A stretch of DNA of 64,000 nucleotides from an uncultured Candidatus Rokubacteria bacterium (GCA_963826115.1 CAWGVS010000010.1:1-64000); one strand, 5' to 3'. Positions 1 through 10,690 are shown, counted from the stretch's first letter. Notes: generated from the letters alone by a model not told the origin. Numbers and translations: made by a program.

Positions 1-2667
1 TCGACACCCTGGGCCCGCGGCTACGCACCGTGAAGGACGCCCGCGGGATCGTCTTCCTGACCAACGAGTACGACGCGAGCTCGGCGGATCAGCCGCCAGA
101 CCCAGGCCGACGGCACGACCTACCAGTTCGCCTACACGCTCGACGGCGCAGGGCCGAGTCACCCAGACCGACGTGACCGACCCACGCGGGCTCGTCCGCC
201 GGCTCACGTTCAACGCCGCCGGGCTACGTCCTGACCGACACCCGCGCGCTCGGGCCGCCCGGAGCAGCAGACGACCACCTCGAGCGCCAGGCGGGGACGC
301 ACTTCGTGACCGCCGCAGGTCGACGCCCTCGGCCGCCGGACCGAGTACGCCTACGACACCAAGGGGAACGTCACGAGCGTGACCCGGCTCGCCGGCACGG
401 CGAACGCCGTCACGACCACGCTCGCCTACGACCCGACCTTCAGCCAGGTCACGAGCGTCACCGATCCGCTGAATCACACGACGACCTTCGGGTACGACAC
501 GCGGGGCGCCCTGACCAGCGATCACCGATCCCCTGAATCACACCACGACGCTCACCCCGGACGCGACCGGGCAGCCGACGGCGATCACGGACCCGCTGAA
601 TCAGACCACCCAGCTCGCCTACGACACGGGCGACCTCGTGACGGTCACCGACCCGCTGGGCCAGGTCACGCGGCGGTTCGTGGACGGCGCCGGGCGCGTC
701 CTCCAGGTCACGGACCCGCTCGGCCAGGCGACGCGCCTACGCCTACGATCGCCTGAACCGCCTGACGTCGGTCGACCGACGCCCAGGGTGGGACGACGGC
801 CTTCGCCTACGACCCCAACGGCAATCTGCTGAGCGTCACCGACGCCGCCAGCCGCCAGACGACGTACACCTACAACAGCATGGACCGCCTCGAGACCCGG
901 ACCGATCCGCTGACCCACGCCGAGAGCTACCAGTACGACGCCAACGGGAACCTCACCCAGGTCACCGACCGGAAGAGCCAGGTCACGACCTTCACCTACG
1001 ACGGGCTCGACCGCCGCACCGTGACGACGTACCCGGGCTCGTCACGGTGACCGCCACCTACGACGCTGGCCACCGCGTCACCCAGCTCGTCGATACCGCG
1101 GCCGGCACGATCACCCGCGCCTACGACGGCCTCGACCGGCTCGACCCAGGAGACGACGCCCCAGGGCACCGTGAGCTACACCTACGATGCGGCCTCCCGC
1201 CGGGCCACGATGACGGTGGCCGGCCAGTCCGCCGTCAGCTACACCTTCGACAACGCCGACCGGCTGACCCAGGTCGCCCAGGGCAGCCAGACCGTCGGGC
1301 TCGCCTACGACGTCGCGAACCGCCGGACGAGCCTGACGCTCCCGAACGGCATCGTCCTCACGTACGCGTATGACCCCGCGATCGCAGCTCACCGGGCTGA
1401 CCTACGCGCTCGGCGGGACCACCGCTTGGGCAGCCTGACCTACACGCCCGACGCCGCCGGGAACCGCACCGCCATCGGCGGCCCCTGGGCGCGCACGAGC
1501 CTCCCCGCCGCCGTCGCCACGCACGAGCTACAATGCCAACCACCAGCAGCTGACCTTCGGCGGCGCGACGATGACCTACGATCTCAACGGCAATCTGGCG
1601 ACGCAGACCGACGGCGGGGCCACGCGGACGTACACCTGGAACCCCCGCAACCAGCTCACGGGGCTCAGCGGGCCCGGCCTCAGCGCGAGCTTCGGCTACG
1701 ACGCGCTGGGCCGCCGCTGGACGAAGACCGTGAACGCCGCGCAGACGGACGTGCTCTACGACGGCCTGAACCCGGTCCAGGAGGGCGTGCTCCCCACCAC
1801 GCCCTCGGCGAACCTCCTCACCGGCCTCGGCCTCGACGAGTTCTTCACCCGGACGGACGCCGCCGGGCTGCGCGCGTTCCTGTCGGACGCCCTCGGCAGC
1901 ACGGTCGCCCTCGCCGACGCCGCCGGCACGGTCCAGACCGCAGTACACCTACGCGCCGTTCGGCGAGACCACGGTCACCGGCGCCGCCAGCAGCAACCCC
2001 TATCAGTTCACCGGCCGCGAGAACGACGGCACCGGCCTCTACTACTACCGGGCGCGGTACTACCATCCGGGGCTCGGGCGCTTTGTCAGCGAGGATCCTA
2101 CTCGATTTGACACGGGCGACGCGAACCTCTATGCCTCCGTCGCCAATAGTCCCCTCAGCTACGTCGACGATCCATCAGGCCTAGACATCGCCGTTGTTGA
2201 GAACGGGCCGACACAAAGGGAACCCGATCGGCCACACTGCCATCGCGATAACGGGTCACGGTGTGTACAGCTTCGGAAATGAGTTCGACCCCGGCCTCAG
2301 TCTTGCGACCTACTTGCTGCGAGAAGCCTCCAGGCGCAACACAGTCGTCTATGTGATCAAAACTGACGCCAGGCAGGACGCGGCGGCGCTCGCTTACCTT
2401 GCGCAGGACCTTCCACAGCCACTCGGTAAGATCTGGGACAACTGCTCGGGTCGGTCGAACGCGGCGTTGGACGCGGCCGGGATCACGAGACTGGTTGCCG
2501 ACCCACGAATCACAGCGGCACTCGGTGTCGCGCCGCTGCTGGGGCTCACGAACCAACCAGGAACAGCCGGACTTCGTGCGGCAACTGCTGGTGCTGTGCG
2601 CTTTAACATGCCGAAGGGCACTACCTTCGTGCCGGTGGGCCTTCTGCCATTCGAACCGCACAAGTGA
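1..2667 (+). CDS. RHS/YD-repeat polymorphic toxin, 5'-truncated by the window edge and broken by many frameshifts; C-terminal toxin domain ~2184-2667
   Basis: YD repeats recur across frames (YDPTFSQVTSVTDPLNHTTTFGYD, YTYDAASRRATMT, YDALGRR). RHS core YQFTGRENDGTGLYYYRARYYHPGLGRFVSEDP and cleavage motif DPSGL (2169-2183) are present. GC drops after ~2100. Confidence 0.9.
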
Positions 2668-2902
2668 GAGCCCGAGCGATTCGAGAACTCATGCTCGCAA
2701 CCGTGATCGTCTGGGTAGCGATCACGGTGATGTACGCGTACGCGTACGTAACCCATAGGCTGGCGCTCCCAGACACCGTGGATACGAAAAGGCATGGGAC
2801 TGGCAGCTCTTCTTTTTCGGGTTGACCAGGCTTCCCATCTTGCTGGTGCTTCTCGTTTTCACCCTGTGGATCGAGAGTAGGTGCCTCTCCTCGGGAAAGT
2901 GA
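2664..2902 (+). CDS. putative immunity protein, small 2-TM membrane protein (one frameshift near 2778)
   Basis: GTG overlaps the toxin stop (GTGA). Joined reading MRARAIRELMLATVIVWVAITVMYAYAYVTHRLALPDT/GYEKAWDWQLFFFGLTRLPILLVLLVFTLWIESRCLSSGK has two hydrophobic segments. Low GC like the toxin tip. Confidence 0.55.
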
Positions 2903-3308
2903 CAGAAGAGCTTCGGCTGCGCTCCCGGCCGGGGACTCTGGAGGTTCCAGTGGAGCTGGTGCCGGAAGTACGGGGAGCTGTGGGCCAAACGCTGAGCGGG
3001 TTGACCCTAGATCGGCGCGAGTTGACGGTCGCGCACGAGAACACCTTCGTGACGCGCTGACCTGAAGGCTTTGGTCGAAAGGCGCCCGACGCCTGGGCGC
3101 ACGGGATCGAGTTCATTCCGGACGCCCTGGTGGTCCACTTGGAGGACGGCCGCTCGCTGACGGTGCGCTGGAGTCGTTTCCGAGACTTCGGGACGCAACG
3201 CCGGAGGCGCGGAATCACTGGCAGCTGATGGGCCGCGGCCAGAGAATCCATTGGCCGGCGCTCGACGAGGGCCTCTCCGTCGCGGGCCCGCTCGGCCTCC
3301 CGGACTAG
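2899..3308 (+). pseudogene. degenerate DUF2442 gene (~3095-3308), preceded by a possible DUF4160 remnant
   Basis: AHGIEFIPDALVVHLEDGRSLTV/LESFPRLRDATPEARNHWQLMGRGQRIHWPALDEGLSV matches the DUF2442 pattern (V.L.DGR...PL.WFPRL..AT...R.......IHWP.LDE). It has a frameshift and no clear start codon. Confidence 0.65.
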
Positions 3309-3337
3309 GCCAGCGGTACCGGTATCTCTCTAGGCGG

Positions 3338-4681
3338 CTACCCGAGGAGCTGCTCGCAGACCTCCACCCACGCCTGGGTGGTGAGCGCGAGCGACTCCAC
3401 GTCGACGCGCTCGTCGTTCCCGTGGAAGCGGCCGGCCATGGCCTCGGCGGTGAGCGTGCGGGAGAAGAGGCCGAAGCCGTAGGCCACCGCGCCCTTCTGG
3501 CGGAAGTACGGCGCGTCGGTGAAGCCGACGATCATCCGGGGGAGGAGCCGCGCGCCGGGGTAGTGCGCGGTCACGACCCGGCGCAGCACGTCCCAGAGCG
3601 GGGTCTCGGTCGGCGAGACGGACGCCGGCTTCGAGAAGAGGGGCTCGACCTCGATCTCGTCGACGAGGCCGCCCAGCGCCTTGTCGAGGTGGCGGCGCAC
3701 CTCGTCGTCGGTGTCGCCGGGGACGGTGCGGATGTCGACCTCCACCTCGACCGTGTCGGGGATCACGTTCGTCTTCACGCCGCCGTGGCAGACGTTCGGC
3801 GAGAACGTCGTGTGGGTCGACGACCACGCGAGCTTCGCCAGGTTGGGCGAGAGCTTCGCGATGGACGACTCGACGCGGTCCGGGTCCGTCAGCGCGGCCT
3901 TCAGCTCCGGGTCGACGGGCAGGGTCTCGACGAAGGTCCGCCAGAGCTCGTCCACGTACGGCGAGGGGCGATAGTCGGCGAGGCGGCTCACGACCTGGGC
4001 GGCCTTCACCAGCGCGTTATCCGACCCGTAGGGCATCGAGCCGTGGCCGGGCGTGCCCTTGACGCGGAGGCGCCGCCAGGCCACGCCCTTCTCGCCGACG
4101 TGCACCGTGACGGTCTCCTCGCCCTGGCGCGTGCGGCCGACGGTGCCGCCGTTCTCGGTCAGCAGGTAGTCGGCGCGGAGCGCGTCCCAGTGCCGCTCGA
4201 CCACGTGCCCGGCGCCGAGCGTGCCGCCCGCCTCCTCGTCGGCGCAGGCGAGGTAGACCAGGGTCCCGCGCGGCCGCCAGCCGCGTCGGGCGAGCGCCCG
4301 GAGCGCCACCGCCTGGGACGCGGTCAGGTTCAGCATGTCGATCGCGCCGCGCCCCCACACCTCGCCGGCGATCAGCTCCCCGCCGAAGGGATCGTGGGTC
4401 CAGGTCTTTGGATTCACCGGCACCACGTCGGTGTGGCCCATGAGGCACAGCGTTGGCGCCTCCGGGTCCGTGCCCTCGATGCGGGCCACGAGGCTCGTGC
4501 GGCCGGGCGCGTGGGCCGGCGCGTAGACCTCGAGGTCCAGGCCGCTGCCCTCGAGGTAGGCGCGCAGCGTGTCGCTGTTGCGCACTTCCTGGCCCGACAT
4601 GACGGTGCCGTCGTTGACGCACCGGTTGCGGATCAGCTGCTGGAGGAGCTCGACGGTCTGTCCGGTGAGGGCGTCGCTCAT
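3338..4681 (-). CDS. M20/M25/M40 family metallo-hydrolase
   Basis: Motifs LMGHTDVVP, WGRGAIDM, ADEEAGG, GHGS, GFTD, HGNDER. Start taken at MSDALTG. Confidence 0.93.
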   Translation of the reverse strand: MSDALTGQTVELLQQLIRNRCVNDGTVMSGQEVRNSDTLRAYLEGSGLDLEVYAPAHAPGRTSLVARIEGTDPEAPTLCLMGHTDVVPVNPKTWTHDPFGGELIAGEVWGRGAIDMLNLTASQAVALRALARRGWRPRGTLVYLACADEEAGGTLGAGHVVERHWDALRADYLLTENGGTVGRTRQGEETVTVHVGEKGVAWRRLRVKGTPGHGSMPYGSDNALVKAAQVVSRLADYRPSPYVDELWRTFVETLPVDPELKAALTDPDRVESSIAKLSPNLAKLAWSSTHTTFSPNVCHGGVKTNVIPDTVEVEVDIRTVPGDTDDEVRRHLDKALGGLVDEIEVEPLFSKPASVSPTETPLWDVLRRVVTAHYPGARLLPRMIVGFTDAPYFRQKGAVAYGFGLFSRTLTAEAMAGRFHGNDERVDVESLALTTQAWVEVCEQLLG

Positions 4682-4740
4682 GAAACGTATCCTAGACAGC
4701 GAGTCCCGGGTTGTCGAGGGTCGCGCCCCGGCGCCCGCGC

Positions 4741-5901
4741 TCACGCGCGCGCGGCGTCGAGCGCCCGGCGGACGCGCTCGCCGAGCGTCTGGAGGCGCGC
4801 CACGGGCTCGTTGCTGAACACGAAGCGCACGTGCCGGTCGGCGATCGGGCCGCCCCAGCCGACCATCGGCGTGGCCGCCACCTTCTGCTCGAGCAGTCGG
4901 CGTGACACCTCGCGCGGGTCGAGCCCGAGCGCCGCGACGTCGAGGAGCAGGGACCACGCGCCGGCCGGGCGGACGGCCGGCAGGCCGGCGAGCTGGCGGA
5001 GCGTCTCGTCGCGCCGGCGCTGCCACTCCGCGTTGGCGGCCGCGAGGTCGCCCGGCGGCTCGGCGAGCGCCACGCGCGTCCCGACCTGGGCGAACCCGCT
5101 CGCGACGAGCCCGTTGTAGATCTGGACGCGCGAGACGTCGTTCACGAGGTCGCCGGGCGCCACCACCCAGCCCACGCGCCAGGCGATCATCCGCTGCTCG
5201 AACGACGGCGCGCCGACGGTCACGGTCCGGTCGCGCATCCCGGGGAGCGCCGCCGGGTGGCGGACGGGCCGGCCGTCGTAGAGGACGCCCTCGAAGCCGC
5301 CCCAGTAGAGGAGCCGGAGGTCGCGCTCGCGGCAGAGGGCGGCGATCGCGTCCCACTCGGCGTCGCTCGCGACCCAGCCGGTCGGGAAGGACGCGTTGTT
5401 GACGAACACTACGCGCGTCCGCGGGCCCGCGGCGGCGCGGAGCGCGTCCAGGTCGAGGCGCCACTCGCCGCCGGCGACCCGGAGCGGCACCAGTCGCGGC
5501 ACGGCGCCGACCAGGCGGACGCGGTTCAGCATGCCCGCGTAGGTCGGGTCGGTGAGGAGGACCTCGTCGCCCGGGTCGGTGAGGCAGAGGAGCGCGTCGA
5601 CCATCGCCTCGCCCTCGCCGCAGGTGATGACGATCTCGCGCCGGCCGTCGTAGCGCGGGCCGCCGCGCCGCTCGACGTACGCGGCCACCGCCTCCTTCAG
5701 GTCGTCGCGGCCGGTGAAGGGGAGCCAGCTGTTCGCCTCGTCCTCGCCGAGGGCGCGCCGCGTCGCCTCGACGGCCGCCGCCGGCGGCGGGACGTCGGTG
5801 TCGAGGTTCTCCATCCGGAGGACGTCCGGGTCGTCGCCCGCGGCGGCGGCGACCCGGTCGATGTTGAAGCCGGGGATGTCGTGGAGCCGGCGGACGCTCA
5901 C
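4741..5901 (-). CDS. PLP-dependent aminotransferase class I/II-like protein
   Basis: Motifs DPGDEVLLTDPTY, NNASFPTG, WRVGW, HVRFVF. The PLP-Lys region reads SFEQ rather than SK. Confidence 0.85.
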   Translation of the reverse strand: MSVRRLHDIPGFNIDRVAAAAGDDPDVLRMENLDTDVPPPAAAVEATRRALGEDEANSWLPFTGRDDLKEAVAAYVERRGGPRYDGRREIVITCGEGEAMVDALLCLTDPGDEVLLTDPTYAGMLNRVRLVGAVPRLVPLRVAGGEWRLDLDALRAAAGPRTRVVFVNNASFPTGWVASDAEWDAIAALCRERDLRLLYWGGFEGVLYDGRPVRHPAALPGMRDRTVTVGAPSFEQRMIAWRVGWVVAPGDLVNDVSRVQIYNGLVASGFAQVGTRVALAEPPGDLAAANAEWQRRRDETLRQLAGLPAVRPAGAWSLLLDVAALGLDPREVSRRLLEQKVAATPMVGWGGPIADRHVRFVFSNEPVARLQTLGERVRRALDAARA

Positions 5902-5908
5902 CCCCGCC

Positions 5909-8104
5909 TCACGCCGAGAAGCGGCGGACGACGTTGTCGATGATGCGGGAGATGTTGTTCCGGTAGCCGTCGTGGAAGAGGCTCCCGCAGAAGGTGATCG
6001 AGCCCACCGAGAAGACGGCGCCGCCGTTCGGCGTCTCGAAGTACACCATGTCGGCGCGGATGAGCTTCTCGGGCGGATCGCCGGGCCAGGTCCACACGTG
6101 GGACAGCACGTCCTCGGGCACGAGCACGAACTTCGTGAGGTCGTGCTTCTCGGACGACGCCAGGACCAGCGCGTGGGGCGGCGTCCCGAGGCGGAAGTCG
6201 GCCCGGTCCAGCTCGAAGCCCGCCGCGCCGCCGCCGGAGAGGCCGAAGTCGCCGAGGATCTCGTCGGGCACGCCCTCGAAGATCCACGCGGCGCGAGGGT
6301 CGCGGGACGCGGGGAGCCGCCGGTAGTACGAGCCCTCGAACGGGCCCTGGGACGTGAAGCCCACGCCCGCGAGCTTCTGGGGCGGCCGGCCGTTGCGGCG
6401 CCAGAGGCCGCCGTACCCGCCGTCGAAGCTCATGTAGTACTCGCCGGGCTCGGCGGCCCAGGCGCGGATGCCGCCCTCGGCGCGCCGCACCTCCAGCACC
6501 CCGGGCAGATCGGAGTGCGCGGCCACGCGCCAGTAGAAGCCGTTCCCGCCGAGGTACATGAGGCGCCCGCCGCGCTCGAGATACGCCGTGAGCGCGTCCA
6601 TGGTCTCGGGGCTGTGGTACTCGGGGTGCGTCGGCGTGAGCACGACCTTGTAGGGCGCGATGAGCTGGAGGCCCTCCGCGTGGAGGTCCTCGTCGGTGAC
6701 GACGTCGTAGCGATGCCCCATCTGCTCGAGCCAGTCGAGGAGATAGAGGTCGGCGCCGAGGTGGCGCACGCCCGACCCCCGCGGGTCGACGTACGCGAGG
6801 AAGCTCGAGCGGAGGTTCATGACGGGCCGGAGGCGCGAGGAGTACGCGATCCCGCTCCCGTCGTGGTGGAAGTTGTACGTCGAGAGCCCGTACTCCTGGT
6901 GCTCGTCGGGCGTCCACGGCCGCGCGCCCCAGGCCTTCGCCCGCGCCCGGTACTCGTCGGTCGTCACGTCGCGCGCGATGTTGGCGTACACGATGTAGGT
7001 GAAGGTCGGCATCAGCACGCAGACGTCCGCCGTCCGCTGGCCGCGCGGCGGCCGCACGAAGAACGGGATCATCTCCTCGACGTCGCCCGCCCGGAGGCGC
7101 GCCGCGTAGACGCCGCTCCGGAGCCCCTCGGGCACCGTGTAGGTGAAGTCGGTGGCCCACCCGCAGTCGTAGAGGTCGTCGTCGTGGAAGTGGATCGCGC
7201 CGTACTCCCCGGGCGCGTGGCGCCAGCACATCTCCTCGCCCGACCAGGTCGAGCCCATCATGGCGCGGGCCGGGAGGTTCACCAGTTCGCCGTCGAGCCC
7301 GTTGGGACCCACGTCGACCGCGCGGGTGCTGGACGTCTCCCGGGCGAAGTCCCAGAGCGCGACCAGATGGCGCCCCGAGTCGCCGTCCGGCGCGCCCGCG
7401 ATGGCCGTCTCGTCGAGGGCGGCGTCGTAGACCGTGGGCCGCTCGATCTTCCCGTTGTAGTGTCCGGCGACCGGCGCGCCGCCGAGCGCGGCGACCAGGA
7501 AGGGCGTGCCGCTGTCGAGCGCCGTGCCGTCCACGACCGCCGAGGCGACGCCGGCGTCGTCCGCCCGGACGCGCGGCGCGAGCGGCGCCTGGCCGACGGT
7601 CAGGGTGCGCGTCGCCGCGTCGTAGGACGCCCACACGCGGTACCACGCCCGCGCCAGGAAGGGCTTGCCGACGTGGACGGCGTGAACGCCACCCCGGCCG
7701 TTCCCGATCAGGGCCCCCGCGCCGCGCTCGTCCACGAAGAGGGCGAAGCCGGCGCCGGTCCCGGGGTCATGGCGCGCGACGATCCCTTGGCGCCCGCGGT
7801 CTGGCAGGGTGGGCCAGATCGTGGCCGCGAGCGTGAAGCTCCGGAGTCGCCGGAACGCCGGCGCGTCGGGGACGCGCATGTAGGAGCCGAGCGGCACCGG
7901 CTGGACGCGCGACGGATAGCGCCCCTCGAACGGCGCGGCGACCGGCTCCTCCTTGATCCCGGGGCCGGCGGGGTTCGGGTCGCCCGAGATCACGCGGACC
8001 AGGCGCACCTGGTACGGCGTCGCGGCGGTGCTGGACACCTTGAAGGCGATCGTCTCGCCCGGGGCGACGGAGAAGCGGTCGGCGTAGCCGGTCAGGGGCA
8101 GCAT
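5909..8104 (-). CDS. N,N-dimethylformamidase large (beta) subunit family protein
   Basis: N-terminal GYADRFSVAPGETIAFKVS, LamG-like domain, HFHDDDL, TYIVYAN, LSTYNFH, HPEY, GGNGFYW, GAVFSVGSI. Confidence 0.9.
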   Translation of the reverse strand: MLPLTGYADRFSVAPGETIAFKVSSTAATPYQVRLVRVISGDPNPAGPGIKEEPVAAPFEGRYPSRVQPVPLGSYMRVPDAPAFRRLRSFTLAATIWPTLPDRGRQGIVARHDPGTGAGFALFVDERGAGALIGNGRGGVHAVHVGKPFLARAWYRVWASYDAATRTLTVGQAPLAPRVRADDAGVASAVVDGTALDSGTPFLVAALGGAPVAGHYNGKIERPTVYDAALDETAIAGAPDGDSGRHLVALWDFARETSSTRAVDVGPNGLDGELVNLPARAMMGSTWSGEEMCWRHAPGEYGAIHFHDDDLYDCGWATDFTYTVPEGLRSGVYAARLRAGDVEEMIPFFVRPPRGQRTADVCVLMPTFTYIVYANIARDVTTDEYRARAKAWGARPWTPDEHQEYGLSTYNFHHDGSGIAYSSRLRPVMNLRSSFLAYVDPRGSGVRHLGADLYLLDWLEQMGHRYDVVTDEDLHAEGLQLIAPYKVVLTPTHPEYHSPETMDALTAYLERGGRLMYLGGNGFYWRVAAHSDLPGVLEVRRAEGGIRAWAAEPGEYYMSFDGGYGGLWRRNGRPPQKLAGVGFTSQGPFEGSYYRRLPASRDPRAAWIFEGVPDEILGDFGLSGGGAAGFELDRADFRLGTPPHALVLASSEKHDLTKFVLVPEDVLSHVWTWPGDPPEKLIRADMVYFETPNGGAVFSVGSITFCGSLFHDGYRNNISRIIDNVVRRFSA

Positions 8105-8256
8105 GGTCCTCCTCGACGCCGGAGCCGGCCACGCCGGTCCGGGATTGGCGTCACGCGCTCGGGATCGGGCTCGAAGCGGGCGGAGTCTATCGCGCCCCGC
8201 GCCGGGCCGGCAAGGCCGGTCGGGCGCGCCGCCGGCGCTCGCGCGGTCGCGGGGGC

Positions 8257-8340
8257 GCGATCCTGCTGACCGTCCTCGGGCTCAACCTGCTCGGAGACGG
8301 CATCCGGGACGTCCTCGACCCGCGCGCGCACGACCGGTGA
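8257..8340 (+). pseudogene. orphan 3' end of a DppC/OppC-type peptide ABC permease
   Basis: Reads AILLTVLGLNLLGDGIRDVLDPRAHDR*, the conserved C-terminus of peptide ABC permeases. No upstream permease sequence. Confidence 0.75.
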
Positions 8341-8371
8341 GGCGCCGCGCGGCGGGCGCGCCCCGCGGGCG

Positions 8372-10426
8372 TCAGCCGGTTGGGACCGCGTAGAGCGTGG
8401 CCGCGCCTTCCTGGTGGAGAGCCGGCCAGGGAAGAGGTGGCGCCGCGCCGTCGCGGACGACGTAGCGCGCGCCGTAGCGCGCGGCGAGCGCGCGGAGCTC
8501 CGTCGGGCCGCGCGCGGCGTAGCCCCGCCCGAGCTGACGGAACGGCCAGGCGCACGGGGGCGCGTTGAGCTCGCGGAGGAACGTCCGCGGGTCCCGGCCC
8601 GGATAGCCCGCCACGTCGGCCACCCGCTGGACCCACTCCCGGATCGCGGTCCGGCCGAAGGGGACCGCGCCCATCTCGACGACGACCGCGCGCTCCGCGG
8701 CGCGGCGCCAGGCGAAGGCGTGGAGCGGGACCAGGAAGACGCCGTCGCGCTCGGTGTGGGCCCGTGCCCACGCCGCGAGGCGGTCGAGGTCGCTCGGCGG
8801 GGGGAGCCCCTCGCGGCCGGCGAGCCCGGGCGCCGTCACGACGATCGCCGCGGCCGTGCCCGCCAGCGCGAGCGCCGTGACCGCGAGCCGCCGCCCCCGC
8901 GCGGGGCCCGCGTCGAGCCACCCGGCGCGCCCGATCGCGGCCATCACGAGCACCGCTGCCGCCACGACGAGCCGCCGTCCATCGACGCCGCCGACGCCGC
9001 CCAGGTGGAGCGCGGCCAGCGCGGTGGCGGTGAGGAGCGCGATCCGCGCGTGGCGCGGCGAGAAGGCCGGCGCGATCGCGAGGCCGGCCAGGGCGAGGAG
9101 GGCGGGCAGCGAGCGACCGCCGAGGAGCGCGACCGTCGCGACCGCGGCAGCGAGCGCCTCGGCGACCGGGCCGCGGAGGAGCGCCCGGGCGAGGGGGCCC
9201 GCGATCAGGACGAGCGCGAGCGCCTTCAGGAAAACGCTGAGCCGCAGGAGCCGGAGCTCCACGGCGAGGCCGAGGGGGAGCACCTCGACGAACAGGACGC
9301 CCGCCACGAGGCCCGCGACGAGGACGGCGCCGATGGCCGTCACCGCCGCGCCCCGCTCCGCCTGGACCGCGTCGCCGGACTCCGACGGGATGCGCGCGGC
9401 GCGGAGTCCCTCCGCGAGCGCCGTCAGTCCCACGGACAGCGTCAGCTCGGGCCACACCTCCTGCCACGCCGGCGGGACCCGGCCCAGCGCCGCGAGGGCC
9501 ACGCCGATCGCGGCGCATCCCGCGAGGCCGAGCGCCACCGGCCACCGGCTCCGCCCGAGGCCGGCCAGGCGGAAGGCGAGGAGGCCGCTCAGGCCGAGGC
9601 TCACGAACGCGGCCACCTCCGCCGGGTCCTGGCATGAAGGGACGAAGTGCCAGGGGAACCGGAAGCGCGCCACGACGAGCTCGAGGAACTCGGCGTCGAG
9701 CGGCGGCCCCGAGCGGAGCACCGGCCACGTCGCCCCCACCGCGACCGCGACGTAGGCCGCCACCGCGAGGACCGGTCCCGCGGGACGCGGGAGCGCGGCG
9801 CCGTGGCGCCACCGCCACGCCGCGCGCGCGACCGAGCCGACCGCGATCAGCCCCGCGGCCTGGAGACCGACCTGGACGTGGACGAGGGTGGCCGCAATCA
9901 GCGCCAGCACCGCGGCGCGCTTCCCCGTGAGCCACCACGCGAGCGCCAGGATCGCCAGCGCCTTCGAGAGTGGCGCCGGGTTCAGCTGGGACCGGACGAG
10001 CCAGTGGTCGGCGAGGGCCGGGCCGGGGACGAGCACGCAGAGAATGGCTCCGAGGTAGCCCGCCGCGCGGCGCTCATGGAGCGCGAGGCCGAGCTGGTAG
10101 CCCGCCGTCGCCAGGAGCGCGACCTGGGCGATCCACAGGAGCAGCACCGCGGCCGGGATACCGGCAACGCGGGACAGGAGCGCGAGCGTGCCGAGATAGG
10201 CGGCCCGGACGCCCTCGCCACCGGCGTTCAGGAACCAGTCGCGCGCCAGGAACTCCGGATCGAGCGCGCGCTGGAGCTCGACGAGGTGGACGAGCTGGTT
10301 GCCGCGATCGAACGTGTAGCCGGCGTCAGAGGTCCACGTCCACGCGAGCACGACGAGGAGGAGCGCGGCGGCGATCGTCACGCGCTCCATCGCGCGGTCC
10401 GCCGGCCCCGCGGGGGCGGGGGTCAT
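8372..10426 (-). CDS. polytopic membrane protein, DUF6798-like (possible GT-C fold)
   Basis: About 12 or more TM segments; DPEFLARDWF, HVQVG, RFPWHF, and C-terminal WAR..T..DGVFLVP...WR..AERAVVV...VPF.....EW..R. Confidence 0.65.
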   Translation of the reverse strand: MTPAPAGPADRAMERVTIAAALLLVVLAWTWTSDAGYTFDRGNQLVHLVELQRALDPEFLARDWFLNAGGEGVRAAYLGTLALLSRVAGIPAAVLLLWIAQVALLATAGYQLGLALHERRAAGYLGAILCVLVPGPALADHWLVRSQLNPAPLSKALAILALAWWLTGKRAAVLALIAATLVHVQVGLQAAGLIAVGSVARAAWRWRHGAALPRPAGPVLAVAAYVAVAVGATWPVLRSGPPLDAEFLELVVARFRFPWHFVPSCQDPAEVAAFVSLGLSGLLAFRLAGLGRSRWPVALGLAGCAAIGVALAALGRVPPAWQEVWPELTLSVGLTALAEGLRAARIPSESGDAVQAERGAAVTAIGAVLVAGLVAGVLFVEVLPLGLAVELRLLRLSVFLKALALVLIAGPLARALLRGPVAEALAAAVATVALLGGRSLPALLALAGLAIAPAFSPRHARIALLTATALAALHLGGVGGVDGRRLVVAAAVLVMAAIGRAGWLDAGPARGRRLAVTALALAGTAAAIVVTAPGLAGREGLPPPSDLDRLAAWARAHTERDGVFLVPLHAFAWRRAAERAVVVEMGAVPFGRTAIREWVQRVADVAGYPGRDPRTFLRELNAPPCAWPFRQLGRGYAARGPTELRALAARYGARYVVRDGAAPPLPWPALHQEGAATLYAVPTG

Positions 10427-10690
10427 CGCGTCCCGACCGTACCACGGCGTTCGTTCCCGCTCGCCGTTTCACGGGACGGCGCGCCGCCCCGGTTCCGAGG
10501 GTCGTACGGGGGACCCGGCCGATCGGACCCGGGTCCCGCCGAAGGCTGCCAAGAAGGGTTGCCGTCCGCGCCGGACACGTGGGATTCTGTCGACGATCCG
10601 GGGGCCATGGCCACGGACGTGGTGAGTGTAACGTGTTGAGATCAAAAGACATTCCGCCGAATGAACCCAGCAGTCCGGGGCGCGATCCCG

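Noticed and set aside
1-2800. Many frameshifts in the RHS gene as programmed frameshifting or true pseudogenisation
   Set aside because: Scattered single-base indels with well-preserved codons look like low-coverage long-read errors. This cannot be settled without reads.
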